A stretch of DNA of 39,505 nucleotides from Candidatus Woesearchaeota archaeon. GTDB lineage: Archaea; Nanobdellota; Nanobdellia; Woesearchaeales; GW2011-AR15. The translations under genes were made by a program, and so were the position numbers. The first letter of the stretch is position 1, and every line of letters begins with the position of its first letter. The notes beneath the pieces were generated by a model. The model did no database searches. It saw only the letters and a program-made list of their open reading frames with translations, and was not told the DNA's origin. This document shows positions 34,245-39,505 of this stretch, piece by piece. The DNA is taken from contig JAFGSP010000167.1 in assembly GCA_016934775.1 (NCBI GenBank), positions 1-39,505 on the forward strand, in the 5' to 3' direction.

Positions 34245-35027
34245 TTATTTTTCAAGCAGCTTATAGAAATTTTCTTTACATATCTCTCTGAACCTGTCTT
34301 CAGGACAATGCTCTATCCTGAAAGGAAAGATATCTTTTGGGTAAGACGGGACCAGGCACATGAAGAACATCTGGGTGCCCAGGCCGTTCTCTCCATATAC
34401 CTTACTCACTTCTTTTTCCAGGGCAGTTATATCTGCCCTGATCCCCATATATCTGCCGGGAAGCTTCTCCAAGAGGGCGTCATGGGCTCCTGCTATGTCA
34501 GTCATCTCTATGTAGATCTGTTCCAGGCAGGCTGTGTATTCTTCTAATCCAGCCCTTATCTTTTTTCTCAGAAACCCCTGTCTGGGAAGGGAGTAGCTAT
34601 GCCCGAAGTATGGCCATTTGTGCCTCTGGGTTCGCTCTAATGCCTTTTTCAATACATCTCCTACTACAGAATCTCTGTAAGAAAACTGATATCTTTCTGC
34701 ATGGAATGTATTATAGTATTCTGAATCAAGGAGCTCATCAGCTATCCCTGTCAGGCTGCCTGCCCCTGTGTCTGAAAGGAATCTTGTTGTCTGATCAAGA
34801 TCCCTGAAGAAATAGGACATGGTCCTGATGCCCGGCGCCAGCGAGTCTGGGGAGCGCCTGAGGGCGTCCACGTCCTCTTTAAAAGAGGATATCAGGAGCA
34901 GGGCCGCTAATTTTCTCTTAGAGACTTTCTCATGGACCCCTCCTAAAAGCATGCCGCCGTATAGGAATGCCCCATCGACAAAATCATCAAGAAGCGATGT
35001 CGTGACTATCCACCTGTTGTTGAGCAC
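34245..35027 (-). CDS. Hypothetical protein (no family recognised)
   Basis: 260-aa ORF downstream of leuA on the same strand. The ORF-track start at 35027 is GTG and the nearby ATGs (35034, 35043) are out of frame, so the start is uncertain. Confidence 0.45.
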   Translation of the reverse strand: MLNNRWIVTTSLLDDFVDGAFLYGGMLLGGVHEKVSKRKLAALLLISSFKEDVDALRRSPDSLAPGIRTMSYFFRDLDQTTRFLSDTGAGSLTGIADELLDSEYYNTFHAERYQFSYRDSVVGDVLKKALERTQRHKWPYFGHSYSLPRQGFLRKKIRAGLEEYTACLEQIYIEMTDIAGAHDALLEKLPGRYMGIRADITALEKEVSKVYGENGLGTQMFFMCLVPSYPKDIFPFRIEHCPEDRFREICKENFYKLLEK

Positions 35028-35103
35028 CGATCATTGCGATCATCTTAAGAGACCGGCCTGATTATATATAGATAATCTGTAGATAATATCTATAATATAT
35101 ATG

Positions 35104-36648
35104 TCAGGAAGGAGAAGTATGCTCCAGCACATACCTCATCCTGTTGCTCGCGTCAAGGTAAGCCTTTGCCGCTCCTCTTACTGTGTCGCAGTCTACTCCC
35201 ACACCTCTGACAGTATAGCCGTTGTTCTTTGCTATGACTGTCTCTATGCCTTCTGCGTTTGCTCCTGTGGTTGTGGATACTGATTTGTAACCCATGATGT
35301 CAAGGCTGAGTCCTGTCGATTTGTTTATTGCGTCTTTTGCAGCATCGATCATACCATTACCATATCCACATATCTGCTCTTCAGTACCATCCCTGCCCAT
35401 AGTCATTCTTGCATATGCCTGATTGTTCCTGATGCCGGGCTCGAACGCATCTGAGTCCATCCTATAATATTCAGGGATTGCGTTGTCTCCTCTCACAGCC
35501 ATCACTAAGACATCATCATATACCTCATCGACACCATCTGCATAATCCTTGAATCTTGCCATTATGTTTCCTATATCCTCAGGATCATAAGGTATCTTTT
35601 TTTCATCCAGAGTCCTCTTTACTTGATTCTGGCCTGACCTTGCTGTCAGAGGCATCTCGCCACAACCCCCATATCTCTCAGGAGATATCCATTCATAAGT
35701 ATTCTTGTCCTTGTTTACTCCGTCCTGATGTATGCCTGAGCTGTGCCTGAAGGCATTCCTTCCTGTTATAGGGTTATTCAGCTGTGGGTGTTTTCCAGTT
35801 ATGCCTGAAAGCAGCCTGCTGACAGGGATTATCTTTTCAGTGATAATGTCTGTATAGATTCCAGGAAAGAAATCAGGTCGCTCTGTGATTCCTGCGATTA
35901 CGCATTCAAGCGCTGAGTTCCCTGCCCTCTCTCCTATGCCGTTCATGGTCACTTCTACCTGCCTGACACCTGCTCCGACAGCATATAGAGTATCTACGGA
36001 TGCGTTACCCAAATCATCGTGAGCATGGATGGAATAGATTATCTTTTTTCCAACACCTCTTGTTTTTTCAATTACATATTTCACCATCTTCTCTATCTCA
36101 GTAGGGAACCTGTAACCAACAGTGTCCGGAAGGTTTATGGTGGTGGCTCCTGCTGCGATGGCAGCATTGACAACCTCTACAGTGTATTCCAGCTCTGTCC
36201 TGCCGAAATCTTCGCAGGAGAATTCTATGTTGTCTGTATATGATTTGGCAAGCTCAATCCCTGAGACTGCCATGTCGATTATCTCCTGCTTGCTTTTCCT
36301 CAGCTTATTCTCCCTATGCACCTGGCTTGTGGCTATGAACACATGGATTCTGCCTTTTCCTCTGGCTGTAGCAGGCTCTATAGCAGTGCCTGCTGCTACT
36401 ATGTCCTTTTCAATGCATCTAGCAAGCCCGCATATCTCAGGCCCTTTCACTTCTTCGGCTATCTTGTAGACAGCATTCCAGTCTCCTTTGGAGGAGCCAG
36501 GAAAACCTGCTTCTATCACGTCAACGCCCAGATCAGCCAGGGCATATGCGATCTTAAGCTTGCTATCCGTATTCATCCAGAAGCCGGGAGCCTGCTCCCC
36601 GTCTCTTAACGTAGTGTCAAACACAATCAATTTCTCTTTTTCATCCAT
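35104..36648 (-). CDS. leuA: 2-isopropylmalate synthase / citramalate synthase family (LeuA type with C-terminal LeuA-dimer domain)
   Basis: FDTTLRDGEQAPG ... DVIEAGFPGSSKGD ... HAHDDLGNA ... GIGERAGN. Start placed at ATG 36648 (MDEKEKLIVFDTTLRDGEQ), preceded by GAGGTG 6 nt upstream; the ORF-track start is 36705. Confidence 0.88.
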   Translation of the reverse strand: MDEKEKLIVFDTTLRDGEQAPGFWMNTDSKLKIAYALADLGVDVIEAGFPGSSKGDWNAVYKIAEEVKGPEICGLARCIEKDIVAAGTAIEPATARGKGRIHVFIATSQVHRENKLRKSKQEIIDMAVSGIELAKSYTDNIEFSCEDFGRTELEYTVEVVNAAIAAGATTINLPDTVGYRFPTEIEKMVKYVIEKTRGVGKKIIYSIHAHDDLGNASVDTLYAVGAGVRQVEVTMNGIGERAGNSALECVIAGITERPDFFPGIYTDIITEKIIPVSRLLSGITGKHPQLNNPITGRNAFRHSSGIHQDGVNKDKNTYEWISPERYGGCGEMPLTARSGQNQVKRTLDEKKIPYDPEDIGNIMARFKDYADGVDEVYDDVLVMAVRGDNAIPEYYRMDSDAFEPGIRNNQAYARMTMGRDGTEEQICGYGNGMIDAAKDAINKSTGLSLDIMGYKSVSTTTGANAEGIETVIAKNNGYTVRGVGVDCDTVRGAAKAYLDASNRMRYVLEHTSPS

Positions 36649-36675
36649 CTTCAGCACCTCGCTTGTGTCTCTGCT

Positions 36676-36741
36676 ATGCAAGGGCCGGACCCAGAAGACA
36701 ATCAAGGAGTATTAACAGTTCTAGAAATCAAGCCCTTGCAT
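36676..36741 (-). promoter_or_regulatory. 10-bp perfect inverted repeat in the long leuA upstream region
   Basis: ATGCAAGGGC (36676-36685) pairs with GCCCTTGCAT (36732-36741) around a 46-nt loop. The proximal arm is 28 nt upstream of the leuA ATG. The only good TATA-like element (AAAATTTTATATATTT on the minus strand, about 36845-36860) implies a leader of about 170-180 nt. Confidence 0.3.
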
Positions 36742-36880
36742 TAATTATAGCAAGAGCAGCAGGAGTCCCAGCAGTAGCAGAAGTGAAATCCCGTATCCTC
36801 TGCATGCCTGACAATCTGCCATCCGGATTGATAAACATGGGAAATATATAAAATTTTTGGCATCAAAATATTGAGAATGC

Positions 36881-37258
36881 TTATTTCTTCTTCATGCCGA
36901 TGACTTTTATGCCTTTATACTCTATATATACAACCTCATCCCCCTCTTCCAGGGAATCCATGATGTCCCTGTCTGCCTCTGCGTCAAGGGTCTCATAAGA
37001 TACTGCGTCCATTATCTGGAGATTATTTTCGGATTTGGAGATGACGCTCGCCTTTTTCTTCTGCAGGTCAAGAGCCTCTACCCTGTCGTTATGGCCCATT
37101 GTTATGACCTTCTCCCTCTTCCCGTAGATGTCCCTGCACGTGAATACAAGCTTTGTATGGGAATGCGTGCCCACATTCACGATGCCCCTTTTGATGACCT
37201 GGAGGACCTCTCCCTTGTAGAGGAAGAACTTACCGCGCTCAAGATCAGATGCTGCCAT
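36881..37258 (-). CDS. eif5a: Translation initiation factor 5A (aIF5A) homolog with a non-canonical hypusine loop
   Basis: Collinear with archaeal aIF5A: KGEVLQVIKRGIVNVGTHSHTKLVFTCRDIYGKRE ... LQIMDAVSYETLDAEA ... GDEVVYIEYKG. Start placed at ATG 37258 (MAASDLERGKFF...), with TATA-like AAACATATAAAC about 25-30 nt upstream; the ORF-track start is 37330. Confidence 0.8.
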   Translation of the reverse strand: MAASDLERGKFFLYKGEVLQVIKRGIVNVGTHSHTKLVFTCRDIYGKREKVITMGHNDRVEALDLQKKKASVISKSENNLQIMDAVSYETLDAEADRDIMDSLEEGDEVVYIEYKGIKVIGMKKK

Positions 37259-37376
37259 GCACCAGAGGAGTCTGGCTGTGTTTATATGTTTATCCGAAGA
37301 GATTCTATCTGGGTCGCTTTCTAAATCCATCGAATCTGAGGAGATTTAGTCTAAGTTTTTTTGGAAAAAATATTTC

Positions 37377-38240
37377 TCATTCCAACCCCAATCGATTTAT
37401 CAGATTAACTGCTTCCTTGTCGAACTTTGAGAATGCGAACCATTTCTTGCCCAGGTCTTTCAGCGATGCCCCTAGATGATATACCTCCCTGTTGTCTATT
37501 ATCAGGAACCTGTCATGCGATTCTTTGAACTCTTTTACCTCAACAGGAGGGTATTGAGAATTGTGTTTTTTCATATCAAGCGATAATTGTTTTGTTATCG
37601 CTTTTGTGAGGATAATCACTTTTACGTGAGCTCTTCGCTTTGTGAATAATGTCAAGACAGCATCATCTATGTAATTATCAATCAGAATGATTGAAGAGTC
37701 TGCTGTCCGAATTATATCTGCGACAAACTTATAGGCATCAAAAATCTGCCCATCAAAAAATATCCCTTTTTCGGGCTTGATATCTTTGCTTTGTATCACA
37801 TCGAATATATGGTCGAATTTTTTATCACTCTCAATCTGCTTTTTCTCAATAATATCTAATCTCTGGAAAATCTGTGCATTTGAAGATATGAATCTTCTCA
37901 TTGCGACAAACGCTCTCATTATCTGGATATTTACCTCTATTGCCTTGTCAGAAGTAAGCACACCTGACAGGCTTGCAACGCCCTGCTCTGTAAAAGCATA
38001 CGGCAGATGCCCTCCGAGATGCATTGTTGAGGGTATCGCATTTTGCGATACCATAAGCTTCGCTTCTGCTTCATTCAATCTAAACATGAAATCCGGAGGG
38101 AACCTCTTGCTGTTTCTCTTGACTTGTTCTCTTAGGCGAATCGCCTTTATTTCGTAAAGATCTGCCAAATCTTTGTCAAGCATGACCTGGAGTCCCCTGA
38201 TAGAATATATCCTGTTTCGAACATCTATCCTGTTTCTCAT
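37377..38240 (-). CDS. ORF6N (KilA-N-like) DNA-binding domain protein with a C-terminal PLD-like (H-x-R-x4-D) domain
   Basis: N-terminus IYSIRGLQVMLDKDLADLYEIKAIRLREQVKRNSKRFPPDFMFRL ... LPYAFTEQGVASLSGVL (ORF6N pattern). C-terminus SIILIDNYIDDAVLTLF ... SHDRFLIIDNREVYHLGASLKDLGKKWFAFSKF. Confidence 0.75.
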   Translation of the reverse strand: MRNRIDVRNRIYSIRGLQVMLDKDLADLYEIKAIRLREQVKRNSKRFPPDFMFRLNEAEAKLMVSQNAIPSTMHLGGHLPYAFTEQGVASLSGVLTSDKAIEVNIQIMRAFVAMRRFISSNAQIFQRLDIIEKKQIESDKKFDHIFDVIQSKDIKPEKGIFFDGQIFDAYKFVADIIRTADSSIILIDNYIDDAVLTLFTKRRAHVKVIILTKAITKQLSLDMKKHNSQYPPVEVKEFKESHDRFLIIDNREVYHLGASLKDLGKKWFAFSKFDKEAVNLINRLGLE

Positions 38241-38317
38241 TTTACTTGTATGTTGATAGAATAGGGTTTAAATACCTCGCATGAAGAAGTCCAGTGATGT
38301 TTTTGTCCTGTGGATCT

Positions 38318-39505
38318 CTATTTAACATCCTCAGCTATCTCCCTCAGTTGCTCCAGCGCATCCTGCAAGTCTTCAACCAATTCATTTGCAATAACATCAG
38401 GGTCAGGCAGCTTGTCTAGATCTTCAAGGCTTTCATCTTTTATCCAGAAAATATCAAGATTAGTCTTGTCTCTTTTCAGTATGTCATCATAGTCAAAGCT
38501 TTTGAATCTTTCAGTTTCTGTTCTTTCATGCCTGTTATCTGGATTATAGCAATCTATGAACTCTTTTAGATCATCATATGTTAATGGACTTTCCTTTAAT
38601 GTGAAATGCTTATTTGTCCTTAAGTCATATATCCATATTTTTGAAGTCCATGGCTTGTCAGATGCTTCTTTTTTATCAAAAAACAAAACATTTGCTTTCA
38701 CTCCCTGCGCATAAAATAATCCTGTCGGAAGCCTGAGAATAGTGTGTAAGTCGCATGTCTGCATAAGGTTTTTTCTTACAGTTTCGCCTGCCCCACCCTC
38801 AAACAAAACGTTATCCGGGAGGACAATTGCAGCTTTGCCATTTATCTTTAATATGCTTCTGACATGCTGCAGGAAGTTTAACTGCTTGTTGCTTGTAGTT
38901 GCCCAGAAATCGTCTCTTAATATGGTTAAATCTTTTTTTGCAGTTTTTCCGTCTTCTGTAACTATTGTTTCTGATGATTTTTTCCCGAATGGCGGATTAG
39001 TCAGAACCATGTGATAAATTCCGCCAGGATTGTTTTTCAGGGAATCATCTGGGCTGATTGGATTCTGTTCCCCGTTAATCCCGTGAAGGTATAAATTCAT
39101 AACACAAAGCCTTGCTGCCAAAGGGACAATCTCATTTCCTGTGAAAGTGTGGTGTTTTAGCTCATATTTCTGGTCCCTGTTAAGGCTGTATTTTCCTGCT
39201 ACATAGTTATATGTGGATAATAAAAAGCCTCCTGTGCCGCACGCAGGGTCATGGATATTCATTCCGGGCTCAGGTTTCATTACTTCAACCATAGCATTAA
39301 TTAAGGGCCTTGGTGTGAAATATTGCCCCGCCCCGCCTTTGATGTCTGCTGCGTTTTTTTCCAGCAGGCCTTCATAAGCATCTCCCTTCACATCAGCTTC
39401 CAGGCTGAGCCAGTTTTCCTTATCAATTAATTCTACAATGAGCTTCTTTAGCTTTGCAGGGTCAGTTATCTTGTTTTGGGCTTTCCTGAATATCACGCCT
39501 ATAAT
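38318..39505 (-). CDS. hsdM: Type I restriction-modification system methyltransferase subunit HsdM (EcoKI-like); 5' end beyond the right window edge
   Basis: GDAYEGLLEKNAADIKGGAGQYFTPRPLI ... HDPACGTGGFLL (AdoMet motif I) ... VLTNPPFGKK (motif IV) ... VLFEGGAGETVRKNLMQTCDLHTILRLPTGLFYAQGVKANVLFF ... IWIYDLRTN. The frame stays open upstream of the GTG listed by the track, and the usual ~130-aa N-terminal domain is missing from the window. Confidence 0.88.
   Translation of the reverse strand: MIGVIFRKAQNKITDPAKLKKLIVELIDKENWLSLEADVKGDAYEGLLEKNAADIKGGAGQYFTPRPLINAMVEVMKPEPGMNIHDPACGTGGFLLSTYNYVAGKYSLNRDQKYELKHHTFTGNEIVPLAARLCVMNLYLHGINGEQNPISPDDSLKNNPGGIYHMVLTNPPFGKKSSETIVTEDGKTAKKDLTILRDDFWATTSNKQLNFLQHVRSILKINGKAAIVLPDNVLFEGGAGETVRKNLMQTCDLHTILRLPTGLFYAQGVKANVLFFDKKEASDKPWTSKIWIYDLRTNKHFTLKESPLTYDDLKEFIDCYNPDNRHERTETERFKSFDYDDILKRDKTNLDIFWIKDESLEDLDKLPDPDVIANELVEDLQDALEQLREIAEDVK

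Noticed and set aside
35061-35100. AT-rich direct repeat TAGATAAT ... TAGATAAT and TATATA runs just downstream of leuA.
   Set aside because: This is most simply the TATA/promoter region of the downstream hypothetical gene (34245-35027). It is too short and degenerate to call a repeat element.
36663-36851. Plus-strand 62-aa ORF overlapping the leuA start and upstream region.
   Set aside because: It starts inside leuA on the opposite strand and has no promoter or SD signal and no recognisable motif. It is probably an artefact of the GC-richer spacer.
36741-36857. 38-codon minus-strand mini-ORF (MFINPDGRLSGMQRIRDF...) in the leuA upstream region, considered as a leucine leader peptide.
   Set aside because: It has no run of Leu codons, its ATG is adjacent to (not downstream of) the TATA-like element, and attenuation of this bacterial type is not expected in archaea.
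1-39505. Looked for CRISPR arrays, transposase/IS ends, integrase genes, rRNA genes and long direct repeats.
   Set aside because: I saw no regularly spaced repeats, no DDE or tyrosine-recombinase-like ORFs and no rRNA-like sequence. The only repeats found are the short promoter and hairpin elements reported above.

Overview
This is a compact, AT-rich archaeal chromosome segment. eL19, eL32, eS4, RNase P Rpp29, aSUI1, MCM, TBP and a PriS-type primase establish the domain. The fused primase, the charged tails on ribosomal proteins, the many bacterial-type genes and the very small intergenic spaces suggest a small-genome DPANN-like archaeon; that is inference only.

Layout:
(1) 1-848 (-): 5' part of an AglB/STT3 oligosaccharyltransferase gene. 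It is missing from the ORF track because it has no stop in the window.
(2) 1012-14560 (-): a canonical archaeal ribosomal-protein cluster running L3-L4-L23-L2-S19-L22-S3-L29-SUI1-Rpp29-S17-L14-L24-S4e-L5-S14-S8-L6-L32e-L19e-L18-S5-L30-L15-SecY.
(3) 14.7-22.4 kb: SpoIIM-like membrane protein, then an information-processing block of RPA32-like OB/wH protein, MCM, TBP, an orphan ORF, NAD(P)HX dehydratase, fused PriS-PriL(CTD) primase and a small Toprim protein.
(4) 22.4-29.7 kb: CBS protein and a cell-envelope block. It holds a lamin-tail-domain surface protein rich in N-glycosylation sequons, three tandem paralogous coiled-coil genes of unknown family (the first with a long proline-rich arm), and a GT2-DUF2304-GT4-SGNH operon.
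(5) 29.7-39.5 kb: TPR-like protein, Memo-family protein, a 200-bp GC-enriched structured gap, and a run of bacterial-type genes (RsmI, NrdR overlapping an HD 5'-deoxynucleotidase, solitary LeuA-type synthase). It also holds an aIF5A whose hypusine lysine appears replaced, an ORF6N-domain gene, and a 5'-truncated EcoKI-like hsdM.

I found no rRNA, convincing tRNA, CRISPR array or transposase. First genes of transcription units repeatedly have a TATA-like element about 22-30 nt upstream of an ATG (leaderless-style), and that ATG is often internal to the ORF-track ORF. Internal operon genes use GGTG/GAGG Shine-Dalgarno-like sites. Several ORF-track starts are therefore trimmed below.
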